From: a bacterium | GTDB lineage: Bacteria; Patescibacteriota; Minisyncoccia; Phycocordibacterales; Phycocordibacteraceae | Direction of reading: 5' to 3' | Length of the DNA stretch: 64,000 nucleotides | NCBI GenBank assembly: GCA_021778295.1 | Contig: JAJYCP010000001.1 | Span: forward strand, 66,513-130,512 | Made by a program: the position numbers and the translations under genes | Shown: piece after piece, positions 9,201 to 18,847 of the stretch | How positions within the stretch are numbered: position 1 is the stretch's first letter | Layout: each line of letters starts with the position of its first letter | The notes under the pieces: model-generated | What the model saw: the letters and a program-made list of their open reading frames with translations, nothing else | Database searches by the model: none | What the model was told of the DNA's origin: nothing

Positions 9201-9926
9201 ATGGTTCACTCGCATATCTACATCAAAAAACTGGATGAGCAGGACGGGTATACCGTCTGGCTCGTAAATGGCGCACTGGTTCGCAAAGAACTCGATGAGA
9301 ACTTCGTCGAATATGACTACCACGGTCACTTTCGTTTTATTCCGGAAAAAGAATTTTGGATCGATGATGAAATGTCCGGAAAAGAATACCACCTGTACAT
9401 CAAACGCCTCCTCAAGGAAGTCTCTTTTCTAAAAGAGGGAATTACTGTCGCGGAAGCCGCTCATAAGGCCGACGCTTTTGAGGAAACGCTCCGACAGAAC
9501 GGGAAACGCATGCAAAAGATTCTCACTTCTCAAAACCAAGAGATGCTCCGCCGCTCTCTCAAGAAAGAGAAGCTTAAGGAATACAGCAGCGCGGTAAGCG
9601 TGTGGCTCGTCGACGGGCCTCTCGTCAGGAGCGTATACATGCTCGGGTACGCCGAAGGGGGACACGACGTAGTGTATGCATGGATTCCAAAAAATGAGAT
9701 TTGGCTCGAAGAATCTCTCAAGACGGAGGAGCGTGCCTTTATCGTGCTGCATGAATTGCATGAGCGGTACCTCATGCTCTCGCAAAAAATGTCCTATGCG
9801 AACGCGCACCACGGAGCGACTATCATCGAAGATCATTACCGGGAGAACAGGAAAGGGCTCGAGGAACGCATCCGTGAAGAAATAAAAAAGAACGATTCGG
9901 TCTCGGGTGATGCGTTGGACAAGTAA
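9201..9926 (+). CDS. Hypothetical protein with an internal tandem domain duplication (HExxE in the second copy)
   Basis: VWLVNGALVR…FIPEKEFWID versus VWLVDGPLVR…WIPKNEIWLE…VLHELHE. Confidence 0.7.
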   Translation: MVHSHIYIKKLDEQDGYTVWLVNGALVRKELDENFVEYDYHGHFRFIPEKEFWIDDEMSGKEYHLYIKRLLKEVSFLKEGITVAEAAHKADAFEETLRQNGKRMQKILTSQNQEMLRRSLKKEKLKEYSSAVSVWLVDGPLVRSVYMLGYAEGGHDVVYAWIPKNEIWLEESLKTEERAFIVLHELHERYLMLSQKMSYANAHHGATIIEDHYRENRKGLEERIREEIKKNDSVSGDALDK

Positions 9927-9983
9927 CACGATATAAAACAATAACGGGAGCATAAAGCTCCCGTTAGAAATGTACTCTCTTTG

Positions 9984-10205
9984 TTATTTGAACTTGAAAC
10001 TTAACTGCCGCTGCAGGTGTCGCGTTCCGCGGGATTTCCTGCCGCTCCGGAGCCCGCATTCTCGCAGCACGCTTGCGCGATGCGCGAGATACTCGCTCGT
10101 CCCAAGACTGTATTGCTTTAATACGTCATCAACGGCTTTCTGCATCGTCCCGCCGTTCTTACGGCGTCGCCTCGCAGCTTCTGTCGCAAGTGCTTTGATG
10201 TCCAT
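9984..10205 (-). CDS. Small basic hypothetical protein
   Basis: GAGGAGG SD upstream; 73 aa. Confidence 0.55.
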   Translation of the reverse strand: MDIKALATEAARRRRKNGGTMQKAVDDVLKQYSLGTSEYLAHRASVLRECGLRSGRKSRGTRHLQRQLSFKFK

Positions 10206-10280
10206 ACGAACCTCCTCACCAGTGGGTGCGTCGGATTATACCGCAGTAACCTGCGTTTGCCACGCGTCCTACACGAGCGT

Positions 10281-10805
10281 TTAGCAGGTGACGCAGAGTC
10301 CGGCAGCGCGGCGCGCTGAAAAGTACAAGCCGATCGCCACGATAACGAGCATGACGGCGATAATTCCGGACTGATTCGCGGCGACAAAAAGCGCGCCCCC
10401 GCCAAGGCCGAGTACGCCGAGCAGGATGCCGATACCGCATCCGCAGGAAGCGGCTGCGAGCACACCGCCGGTGAGCGAGGCGATGAGGCCGATGCCGCTT
10501 TCTCCGGCGGCACGGAGGCCTTGCGTCCGGGAGCGTCGAAATGCAAAAAGCTCAAATGACAGCAGCACGCCGGTCATAAGCGCAAGAGTGACAAGCAAAG
10601 CGTAGTTGAGCACAGTCATTCGGGAAAGTTCGAATGCGAGCGTGTTGCCGGGGACAAGCCACACAGGCACGAGAAGATACACGCCGAAAAACACGAGTGC
10701 GCCGCCCGCTGAGATAATCCCGTATGACGGGTTCCGAAACACGCTCACACTGGTGCGGAGCACCGTACGCATTTCAAGTCCGTATCTTTTGCATTTTTCT
10801 AACAT
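10281..10805 (-). CDS. 4-TM membrane protein with CGC and C-terminal CxxC
   Basis: Hydrophobic helices, ASCGCG and CVTC; start may be 10772. Confidence 0.7.
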   Translation of the reverse strand: MLEKCKRYGLEMRTVLRTSVSVFRNPSYGIISAGGALVFFGVYLLVPVWLVPGNTLAFELSRMTVLNYALLVTLALMTGVLLSFELFAFRRSRTQGLRAAGESGIGLIASLTGGVLAAASCGCGIGILLGVLGLGGGALFVAANQSGIIAVMLVIVAIGLYFSARRAAGLCVTC

Positions 10806-10833
10806 GAAACTACGTGCCCTTCATTATATATGC

Positions 10834-11442
10834 TCACCATATAAACAAGATAAGATTCCAAGTTTTTTTAGTATATTCCGTATACGCGCTTCCAAAGCGC
10901 TTTTTCAAAGCGATTTCCTCGACGTGTATACGCCAACGATACCCGATACATACGGTCGAGAGTATGAAAAGCAGACCCATCCAATTTCCGAGCGCGAGGC
11001 CCACGCCGAGAACGGAGATCATCGATCCGGTGTAGGACGGGTGGCGAAGATACCGGTACGGTCCGGACGTGATGAGTTTGTGGTCGTCTTGGATGAGGAC
11101 AACGGTTCGAAAGTATTTCCCCAGCGTTTGAATCGACCAGAGGCGGAACAGAATACCCACCCAGATTAAGATGATTCCGGAAGTGAAAAGTAAAGAATTC
11201 AAACCACCATTATCGATACGGAATGCCGGTACCAAGAAGGCAAAAGCAAAAGCGAGGAAAATTCCTGTATACAGCATGGCCCAAAAAAATAATGCGCTAT
11301 AACCGTCCGTATTGTCGGTGGTCGTTTTTGCGCGCACGTCGCGCATGCTTACCCAGGTTTCAAAGACAAAGAACCATGAATAAAAACTAACCCAAAAAAG
11401 AATTGCCCAAATGGGATTATTCGTAATTGAGACTGCATTCAT
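10834..11442 (-). CDS. Isoprenylcysteine carboxyl methyltransferase (ICMT/STE14) family membrane protein
   Basis: HKLITSGPYRYLRHPSYTG…EEIALKKRFGSAYTEY. Confidence 0.9.
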   Translation of the reverse strand: MNAVSITNNPIWAILFWVSFYSWFFVFETWVSMRDVRAKTTTDNTDGYSALFFWAMLYTGIFLAFAFAFLVPAFRIDNGGLNSLLFTSGIILIWVGILFRLWSIQTLGKYFRTVVLIQDDHKLITSGPYRYLRHPSYTGSMISVLGVGLALGNWMGLLFILSTVCIGYRWRIHVEEIALKKRFGSAYTEYTKKTWNLILFIW

Positions 11443-11458
11443 GGTGTGTCAACGGACG

Positions 11459-11980
11459 TCAGGAAAGGATCGGGACGACATACATCTTCCTGAAAAGGAT
11501 GGAATAGATACTGATGTCCGTGACCACGATACACCAGATGATGAGGGTAAGCTGAGCATATCCGAAAAATACTCCGAGAAAGGCGAATAAAGCGAGCAAT
11601 GCTTCCACAGTATTTATTTTTATCTTTCGGAAGACGGTCGCCGGGTTTTGCATGGACGGGAGCTTCAGCGTATAGGTAAGCATCTCAAACAGAAGGAATG
11701 CCAGTATAAGGATGCTGAAATACTCGGGATGGGAAAAAGAGAACACAAGAGAGAGGTGAAGGAAAAGTAAAAGCCCATGGAGCATTCTTTGGATAATGGT
11801 ATGAGCAGGTATGACTTTTGAAACGAAAGAATGAGAAGCGTACTCTTTCCACGTCAGTGTTCCATAGATGATGACCAAGGGCCATACGAGCATCAAGTGC
11901 TGTACAGCAATAACCACGCCGATAACACCGAATACAACGAACAACGCGATTTTTGCCGCCGCCCTTTTTTGGAAACTCAT
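11459..11980 (-). CDS. Hypothetical polytopic membrane protein
   Basis: About 6 hydrophobic segments; low GC. Confidence 0.65.
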   Translation of the reverse strand: MSFQKRAAAKIALFVVFGVIGVVIAVQHLMLVWPLVIIYGTLTWKEYASHSFVSKVIPAHTIIQRMLHGLLLFLHLSLVFSFSHPEYFSILILAFLLFEMLTYTLKLPSMQNPATVFRKIKINTVEALLALFAFLGVFFGYAQLTLIIWCIVVTDISIYSILFRKMYVVPILS

Positions 11981-12133
11981 AAAAACGTATTTCGCCAGTG
12001 TATCATAGAGTTTGATTATGCTCGCATACCCAAGATGAAATCGAGATGAAGCAGGCGTGAAGTAAAAATGGTGGTTGTCCCCATTACGGTCACGTATAGA
12101 AAAAGCCGCCTCCCGAGGGAGGACGGCCAAAGA

Positions 12134-12787
12134 TCATGATTCGCTCGTCTCTTTCCGTAGCACCGTGCGCTGCTCCTCGGTGAGTCGTGGCGGGCTTCCC
12201 GTTTCCTGGTAGGTATGCCAGGTCTGCTCCCACGCGTCGCGAAAGATCTCGAACAGGACACTGTCGACGAACGTACCATTGTAGAAATGGTGAGCCGCCC
12301 GACGACCGACTTGCCGGTAGCCGCAGGCAAGCAAGTGGCCCCAACTATTGTCGTTGAAGACCTTGACCTCCGAACAGACTTTCCGGAGGCCCCGGTTGCG
12401 AAACGCTTCATAGAGGAGTAGCAGTTTCGCTTCGGTCCCGTAGCCTTTTCCGAAACACGACTTGTCGGCGATGATGGTACCGCTCGTCGCGTGGCCGTCG
12501 GGATAGGTGATGCTGTGCAGACCAGTGTGCCCGATGTAGCGGTAGCCGGTCATCGTACCCATCTCGTCGCGCTCGTGAAGCAGAATAGCGAAGGTGACGT
12601 TGCCAGTCCTGCTCGCCATACCGTCGTACCACGCGAACTCCGCTTCGAGCGTAACGGGCGGGCGCAAGGTGACGCCGCGCATCACGTCTGGGTCGTTGGC
12701 CCCCTGCATGAAGAGGGGGATGTAATCACGGCGCATCGCGCCGAGTGAGACGTTATAGCCTTGATGAATGGGCGAATGGTCGCTCAT
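12134..12787 (-). CDS. RimJ/RimL-type GNAT N-acetyltransferase
   Basis: FGKGYGTEAK acetyl-CoA motif; GLRKVCSEVKVFNDNS. Confidence 0.88.
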   Translation of the reverse strand: MSDHSPIHQGYNVSLGAMRRDYIPLFMQGANDPDVMRGVTLRPPVTLEAEFAWYDGMASRTGNVTFAILLHERDEMGTMTGYRYIGHTGLHSITYPDGHATSGTIIADKSCFGKGYGTEAKLLLLYEAFRNRGLRKVCSEVKVFNDNSWGHLLACGYRQVGRRAAHHFYNGTFVDSVLFEIFRDAWEQTWHTYQETGSPPRLTEEQRTVLRKETSES

Positions 12788-12832
12788 GATAATTTCCTTT
12801 CAATGAACATGCTCTGCTCCAGAAAACGAGAA

Positions 12833-12939
12833 ACCTCGGCTTCCGCAGAGCCGAGGTCTTTCTTGAGGGTTTGGGAGGGGAAGAAAAATCGCGGCTATGC
12901 GCAAGCGGTAACGTCGAGATCGAAGATCTCATTCGTCAT
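12833..12939 (-). promoter_or_regulatory. Putative leader-peptide attenuator upstream of the GNAT gene
   Basis: 14-aa uORF MTNEIFDLDVTACA (12895-12939), pyrimidine tract, then hairpin ACCTCGGCT-CTGCGGA-AGCCGAGGT followed by a T-rich stretch. Confidence 0.5.
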
Positions 12940-13030
12940 CGGTGCGACATAACCACAATTTCGATTCATACCGCTATAGTAGCGCGTTAGCGCTGTTTGT
13001 CAAGTTCATGTACTGGACTCGTACAGAACC

Positions 13031-13134
13031 TTGACAACACAATATTTTTTATTAAACTAATTACAGACTGTTCTTTGCTGCGGATTAACTGCACGCAGAG
13101 GTAACGGTTATTTTGTGATAAGGAGATGAGACAA
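13031..13134 (+). promoter_or_regulatory. Conserved promoter plus structured 5' leader, copy 1
   Basis: TTGACA-16-TAAACT, AGACTGTTCTTTG…CAGAGGTAACGGTT…TTTGTG…GGAGATG; homologous to 19781-19876. Confidence 0.75.
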
Positions 13135-13518
13135 ATGAACGACATCATGTCCTCATGTATGCAACCCGATATCATCCAATCGGATCCACTCCCTGATTTG
13201 AAGAACGTTCCTCTGTTTGGGGCAGAAGACCAGACGTGCTTAGAGGAGATTGCAACGGTGCTGAAAAAGCACGGACGGCTAGACCGATTTGGCGTCACGT
13301 TGCTGCATCAGCACTTTCCAGTCGGCGACAACGAAATACTGCTGGAAAAGAACGATCCAGCCTCGCGTACCCTCGAAATGCGTCCATGTAATCGGGCAGA
13401 GCTCGAAGGTATGGACGCCAGGATCACCAGCTGGCGGTTGGATTCGGGGAAACCGCAGATGGCCTGCGTCTGCATCAATTTCGGTGGAGGCGAGCATCAA
13501 CATCTTTCTCGTGGATAA
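13135..13518 (+). CDS. Hypothetical protein with an HxH motif and a Cys/His-containing C-terminal tail
   Basis: RFGVTLLHQHF core; tail MACVCINFGGGEHQH; AGGAG SD. Confidence 0.75.
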   Translation: MNDIMSSCMQPDIIQSDPLPDLKNVPLFGAEDQTCLEEIATVLKKHGRLDRFGVTLLHQHFPVGDNEILLEKNDPASRTLEMRPCNRAELEGMDARITSWRLDSGKPQMACVCINFGGGEHQHLSRG

Positions 13519-13562
13519 CTCTCCAGCTATACCTACGACCGGAGCCTTGCTCCGGTCGTTTT

Positions 13563-14054
13563 CTATAATTTAATAGTGTAGAGGTACGTAGGTGTTGGTG
13601 AATCAGGTACGGATACTTTTTTTTCAAAAACACCTCGGTTATGCTCGATGATTTTCCGCGAAGCAACATTCGTTTCATCGGAGGCAATGATAAGTTTGTC
13701 CATACCGAGATCTCGAGCCTTCTCAATGCCCAGTGCAAGTATTTTGGTCCCGTATCCTTTGCTTTGTTCAGAGGGGCGTATTTCGTAATACACATGACTT
13801 GCAATATCGGAAAACCTCCCGCTCGGGTTTTTTCTGATTTGAATTCGACCAAGATACTTTTCATTTTCTTGAAGCCAATATTCCGTGCGAGCAACTTCGC
13901 CAAGGCGTAGGTTTATTCCAAACGATGCATCTTTACTGTGTGTTATGTATTCTGAAATCTCATCATTACCTAAATAGATAGCTTGCTCTTCGAGAGCTTT
14001 TTGAAACGAAGCTGCCAACGTTTGAGAGGGTTCCACGAGGAATGCGGCCATCAA
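13563..14054 (-). CDS. GNAT N-acetyltransferase
   Basis: HVYYEIRPSEQSKGYGTKIL…NVASRKIIE. Confidence 0.85.
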   Translation of the reverse strand: MMAAFLVEPSQTLAASFQKALEEQAIYLGNDEISEYITHSKDASFGINLRLGEVARTEYWLQENEKYLGRIQIRKNPSGRFSDIASHVYYEIRPSEQSKGYGTKILALGIEKARDLGMDKLIIASDETNVASRKIIEHNRGVFEKKVSVPDSPTPTYLYTIKL

Positions 14055-14279
14055 TACATATCATACTTGAGATCTCAATTACGTGGAACTGGGAGGGGAT
14101 TTCTCCAAATCAACAACCTTGTTCTGACACAAAAGAAATCCAATCTTCAGATGTATTATATTATCAACAGTAAATTCTCAATAATGTAATGCCATACTCT
14201 ATGCATGCCATGAGTCGTTCGAGAAAAATGGCGGCTGACCCCATTTCTCCCGCTAGGTTTTGCGTGCTATAGTCTTTGC

Positions 14280-15365
14280 ATGACGGCGGAAACTCGCCCG
14301 GTCATCCTCACAGGCGACAGCGAAGTCGCCAAGCTTCGGGCGTCGCATTCGGAACTCACTGAAGTCGACGCATTCTCCCGCCAGATCAAAGAGCTTTTCT
14401 TTATCGATAATCATGCGTTCATTGGTACGCCGAAAGAAGAGGCCTATGCGACCGAGGATTTCAAGAAGTATGCGTCTTCGAAAGAGGGCGCATTTGTCTA
14501 TGTATATTTCCCCTGGAACAATACGCTCGTAAAGACTGTAGATGCCGGGGATTACTACCAGCTCAAGACGAACCGCAATCAGGACCTTATCACTGCCGAA
14601 GAACAGAAGAAACTGCGCGACTACAAAGTGGCCGTGCTTGGCATGAGCGTCGGGTCAAACGTGGCCTTTGTATTGACGCAGGCGGGTATCAGCAACGACA
14701 TCATTCTCGCCGACTTCGACGAGCTCGATACCACAAATCTTAATCGCATCCTTGCGGGCGTTCATGAAGTTGGCTTGAACAAGACCGTCATTGCGGCGCA
14801 CCGCATTTATGAAGATAATCCGTTTGCGAACGTTACCTTGCTCCAGGGAGGCGTGAATGAAACCAATCTCGAAGAGCTCATCAAAGCCGGCAAGATAGAC
14901 TGTATTCTCGAAGAGATCGACGACATGCCGTTCAAGATTCACGCGCGCCTGCTCGCGATGAAATACAAGATTCCTGTTGTGATGGTGACCGACAATGGCG
15001 ACGGCGTCGTACTCCACGTCGAGCGGTATGATCTCGGCCATGACAAAATCTGGGGCAAGCCGCACGAATACTACGAGGAAAAGCTCGCCGACGGCCCAAT
15101 GACGAAAGAGAAGGCGGGCGACGTCATCATCCACGACATCGTCGGCGGCGTGCATCGGGTCGATCCGAAAATGATTGCAAGCGTGAAGCGCGTGCTTGCT
15201 AAAGAACTGGTGTCGTGGAGCCAGCTCGGTTCGGCAGCCATTCTTGGCGCAGTCGTCGCGACCTACGCGATTAAAGAAATCGCGCTCGGGAAGGGTACCG
15301 AGAAAGACATTCGCGCCTGGATCTCTCCGGAAAGCGTCGAAAAAGGTACGCATTCCCACTCATAA
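14280..15365 (+). CDS. ThiF/E1-like adenylyltransferase (Rv1355c-type)
   Basis: TNRNQDLI, VAVLGMSVGS, ADFDELDTTNLNR, SWSQLG. Confidence 0.88.
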   Translation: MTAETRPVILTGDSEVAKLRASHSELTEVDAFSRQIKELFFIDNHAFIGTPKEEAYATEDFKKYASSKEGAFVYVYFPWNNTLVKTVDAGDYYQLKTNRNQDLITAEEQKKLRDYKVAVLGMSVGSNVAFVLTQAGISNDIILADFDELDTTNLNRILAGVHEVGLNKTVIAAHRIYEDNPFANVTLLQGGVNETNLEELIKAGKIDCILEEIDDMPFKIHARLLAMKYKIPVVMVTDNGDGVVLHVERYDLGHDKIWGKPHEYYEEKLADGPMTKEKAGDVIIHDIVGGVHRVDPKMIASVKRVLAKELVSWSQLGSAAILGAVVATYAIKEIALGKGTEKDIRAWISPESVEKGTHSHS

Positions 15366-15371
15366 AAATCT

Positions 15372-16478
15372 ATGCTTGGCTTTTCAGATACCGGAGACAT
15401 CACAAGCATCGAAGCTTTGAAAGAGTTCGATAACCACCCGCTCGTCTCCTTTGCACACGACAAAGAATCCGGCTTGTCTGCAGTCATCGCTATCCATCGT
15501 GCCAACCCGGACGTCCCGTCTTTCGGCGCGACGCGTTTTTGGCACTACGCTTCCTCGCTTGAGGGCGTCAAAGATGCGCTTCGCCTCTCCCGACTCATGT
15601 CCTACAAAGCGGCGCTCGCAGGTCTTAATTGCGGTGGCGCAAAGGGCGTGATCATTGCGCAGAGCGATCCTCAAAAAATGGAGAACACCGTCCGTGACTC
15701 CATTTTGGGGGCGTATACAGCGCGTGTGAATCTCCTTGGCGGCCGTTTCGTGACAGGCAGCGATGTGGGCATCCGGCAGGTAGATCTTGATGCCATGCGT
15801 AAAGTTTCGCGGCATGTCATCGGCTTTAATGACAACTCAACGGAGTTTACGGCACTTGGCGTTTTCGAAGCGCTCAAAGCGGCCCTTATGGAAGTGTTTG
15901 GCTCAAGTGAACTCAAAGGCCGCGCCTTTGCGATTCAGGGCCTTGGAAAGATCGGTGAAGGGTTCCTCTCGTATATTTATGAGCCGGTTGGAACGGCGGG
16001 AAAGATTTTTGTATCAGACATTGACGCAAATCGCGTGGAAGAGATCAAACGCAAATATCCGCGTGTCATGGCGGTTGCGCCATCAGAAATTGATCGCCAG
16101 GAAGTAGACGTGTTTGCCCCCTGCGCGCTTTCAGGCGCTGTGAATAAACGCAACGCATCCCGCCTTGCGTGCAAAATTGTTGTGGGGGGCGCAAACAACC
16201 AGCTTGAAACAGAATCGGCAGGCGATGCATTGTTTGAGCGCGGCATTCTCTATGCGCCAGACTACGTGGTAAACGCAGGGGGGCTCATTGCGGTATTCGA
16301 TGAATACAAAAATCCGGCGTATGACCGTACTCGCGTCGAGCGTGCGGTACTTCACATTCCCGAGACTTTGCGAAAGATTTTTGCTGAAAGCCGCGCGGAG
16401 AAAATAGCGCCGAGCCGCATCGCAAACCGCATGGCAGAAAAGATTTTCAATGGATATGGAAATATCACATCGCGCTAA
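15372..16478 (+). CDS. Leu/Phe/Val-type amino-acid dehydrogenase
   Basis: GATR, LSRLMSYK, GGAKGVI, IQGLGKIG, GGANNQL, YAPDYVVNAGG. Confidence 0.92.
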   Translation: MLGFSDTGDITSIEALKEFDNHPLVSFAHDKESGLSAVIAIHRANPDVPSFGATRFWHYASSLEGVKDALRLSRLMSYKAALAGLNCGGAKGVIIAQSDPQKMENTVRDSILGAYTARVNLLGGRFVTGSDVGIRQVDLDAMRKVSRHVIGFNDNSTEFTALGVFEALKAALMEVFGSSELKGRAFAIQGLGKIGEGFLSYIYEPVGTAGKIFVSDIDANRVEEIKRKYPRVMAVAPSEIDRQEVDVFAPCALSGAVNKRNASRLACKIVVGGANNQLETESAGDALFERGILYAPDYVVNAGGLIAVFDEYKNPAYDRTRVERAVLHIPETLRKIFAESRAEKIAPSRIANRMAEKIFNGYGNITSR

Positions 16479-16502
16479 ATATTCTTTTACCCCTCCTAAA
16501 AC

Positions 16503-18044
16503 ATGAAATACCCTCTGCAAGAGATACGCACGCTCGAACTCCCGACCGCCTTGCGCAATATAGAGCACCTCGAAAAACGGCTGCGCGAGGACGCTCCGCG
16601 CCTCTGGGAACGTCGCGGCGAAATACAAGCGCTCAAACTCTTCCACGCCATGGCCGAACGAGTTCCCGCGTACAAGGATGTGCTGAAGAAAAACCGCATC
16701 CGCCCCGATTCCGTCCGCTCAATGCAAGATTTCAAACAGCTCCCACTTTTGGATAAGACCAGCTACCTGCGCGCCTATCCTCTGAAGGAGTTGTGCTGGG
16801 ACGGTGAGTTCTCCGAACGCGCATGGACCGTTTGCACGACTTCCGGCTCGACCGGCGAGCCGTTCTATTTTCCACACGGAGCGATGCAAGATGCGCAGTA
16901 TGCGCTCTTCGCCGAACTCTATCTGCGCACCAACTTTCAAATTCATAAGAAGCGCACGCTCTACGTCAACGGATTCCCAATGGGTGCGTGGATAGGCGGT
17001 GTCTTTACCTATAAAGCGATAACCATGCTCGCCGAGCGCGGCGATTATCCGCTCAGCATCATCAATCCGGGCATCAATAAAATCGAGATTATCAAAGCGA
17101 TTCGCAAGCTTGGCGACGACTTCGATCAGGTCATCATCGGCGGTTACGGTCCGTTCGTCAAAGATACGCTCGACGACGGCATTCGGGAGGGGATGGATTG
17201 GAAGAAATACAATCTCGGCTTCATCTTCTCGGCCGAAGGATTTTCCGAAGGTTTCAGGGATTACGTACTTGAGATGGCGGGGAAGAAAGACGATATCACC
17301 GCGACCCTCAATCACTACGGCACAGTTGACCTCGGGACGATGTCGTACGAAACGCCGCTTGCGGTGCTCGCGCGCCGCCGCGCGGTGGAGCATCCGGAAC
17401 TGTACCGGAAGCTGTTTGACAATTCCATCCGGCTGCCGACGCTGACGCAATTCCTCCCGAGCCTCTTTTTCTTTGAGGAAGTGGACCGGACGCTCGTGTG
17501 CTCCGCGGCGGCCGGCCTTCCGCTTGTACGATACGATTTAAAAGATGTCGGCGGCGTGTACCGGTACGACGAACTAACCGACGCGTTCCATGCGGCCGGC
17601 GTCGACCTCGAGAAGGAGCTCTCCGGCCGGGGTCTTGCGCAAACACGATGGAGCCTGCCGTTCGTATACGTCTACGAGCGGAACGATTTCTCGGTCAGTT
17701 TCTATGCATTCCAGATTTATCCGGCGACTATCCGGCGCGCGCTCGAGCAGACGTCGCTTCGCTCGAAGCTGACGGGGAAGTTCGCAATGCGCGTGGAGTA
17801 TGACCGCAACCAGAACCAGCGGTTTGAAGTCAATGTCGAACTCAAGAGCGGTGTGGTGCGTACCGATGCGCTGAAAGAGAAGGTGACGAAACTGGTGACT
17901 GAACAGTTGCTCAAAGAAAGTTCCGAGTACCGCGAGACACATCGCATGAAAGGACGTCGCGTCTTCCCACATGTAGTGTTCTGGCCATACGAGCACGAGC
18001 GCTTTTTCCGTTCGGGCATCAAGCAGAAGTGGGTAGTACGTTAG
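16503..18044 (+). CDS. Phenylacetate-CoA-ligase (PaaK)-like adenylate-forming enzyme
   Basis: TTSGSTGEP, YGTVD, PLVRYDLKDVG. Confidence 0.88.
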   Translation: MKYPLQEIRTLELPTALRNIEHLEKRLREDAPRLWERRGEIQALKLFHAMAERVPAYKDVLKKNRIRPDSVRSMQDFKQLPLLDKTSYLRAYPLKELCWDGEFSERAWTVCTTSGSTGEPFYFPHGAMQDAQYALFAELYLRTNFQIHKKRTLYVNGFPMGAWIGGVFTYKAITMLAERGDYPLSIINPGINKIEIIKAIRKLGDDFDQVIIGGYGPFVKDTLDDGIREGMDWKKYNLGFIFSAEGFSEGFRDYVLEMAGKKDDITATLNHYGTVDLGTMSYETPLAVLARRRAVEHPELYRKLFDNSIRLPTLTQFLPSLFFFEEVDRTLVCSAAAGLPLVRYDLKDVGGVYRYDELTDAFHAAGVDLEKELSGRGLAQTRWSLPFVYVYERNDFSVSFYAFQIYPATIRRALEQTSLRSKLTGKFAMRVEYDRNQNQRFEVNVELKSGVVRTDALKEKVTKLVTEQLLKESSEYRETHRMKGRRVFPHVVFWPYEHERFFRSGIKQKWVVR

Positions 18045-18061
18045 CCATAAGCTTAATTATC

Positions 18062-18847
18062 TTATTCTCCCTCTACTTTTTTTGTTTCGTTAGCATCGAG
18101 TCGTCCAGCTTCTTCCCATGCAAGATTGAAGAGACTCTCTATAACATCTGCAATATCCTGACTCTGAATAATCACACCGAATTCCTCGCTTGTTGAAATG
18201 AATACGATTTTGTCCGCATATATACGCAGTTCAGAAGAAAATGGGTATATATCGGCTGGTACACTTCGTACTCTTGAGGCGTCATTCGCATTTAACAGCG
18301 CGCGCTCGACAGTTTTTTCGTAAGGGAAAATAATCTTCGTTTTATACTTGCGTTGCAAATTTTGATTATCCCAAAAGGAAAATGATGATCCGAATGTAGT
18401 TTTTGATATAGGTAAAAATGTATACACTTGCGTCCCAGGCGGGTAGGCTAGTAGGTCATTACTAACAGTTTGTATTCCGCCAACTCCTTCGTAAAACAAC
18501 ACGTGTGGTTGGCTCTTTAATTTCTTCGATACTGAAAGAAGTTCGGAAAGTAATAAACTCATTTCATTTTCCTGTCGAGCCGAGTCCTGAGCCAACTTAT
18601 CAGCTCGTTCCACAAGTTTTTCTGGAGAGACAGCATGATATTTAAGAATCCCATTCTGTTGTGTTTTCTCGACAAATCCCTGTTCCACAAGCGTAGCAAG
18701 TAACATATAGGCCGACGATCGATTGAGTTTTGCTTCTCTTGCGGCCTCGTGCGCGCTTGCCGGACCCATAGTAAGTAATTCCTGATAAAGAACCGCCGCT
18801 TTTTGTGAAAGCCCAAATTCTTGGAGGTGTGACAGTAAAGTATTCAT
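18062..18847 (-). CDS. TrmB-family transcriptional regulator
   Basis: N-terminal wHTH (LNRSSAYMLLATLVEQGFV), VLFYEGVGGI, C-terminal IYADKIVFIS effector domain. Confidence 0.85.
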   Translation of the reverse strand: MNTLLSHLQEFGLSQKAAVLYQELLTMGPASAHEAAREAKLNRSSAYMLLATLVEQGFVEKTQQNGILKYHAVSPEKLVERADKLAQDSARQENEMSLLLSELLSVSKKLKSQPHVLFYEGVGGIQTVSNDLLAYPPGTQVYTFLPISKTTFGSSFSFWDNQNLQRKYKTKIIFPYEKTVERALLNANDASRVRSVPADIYPFSSELRIYADKIVFISTSEEFGVIIQSQDIADVIESLFNLAWEEAGRLDANETKKVEGE

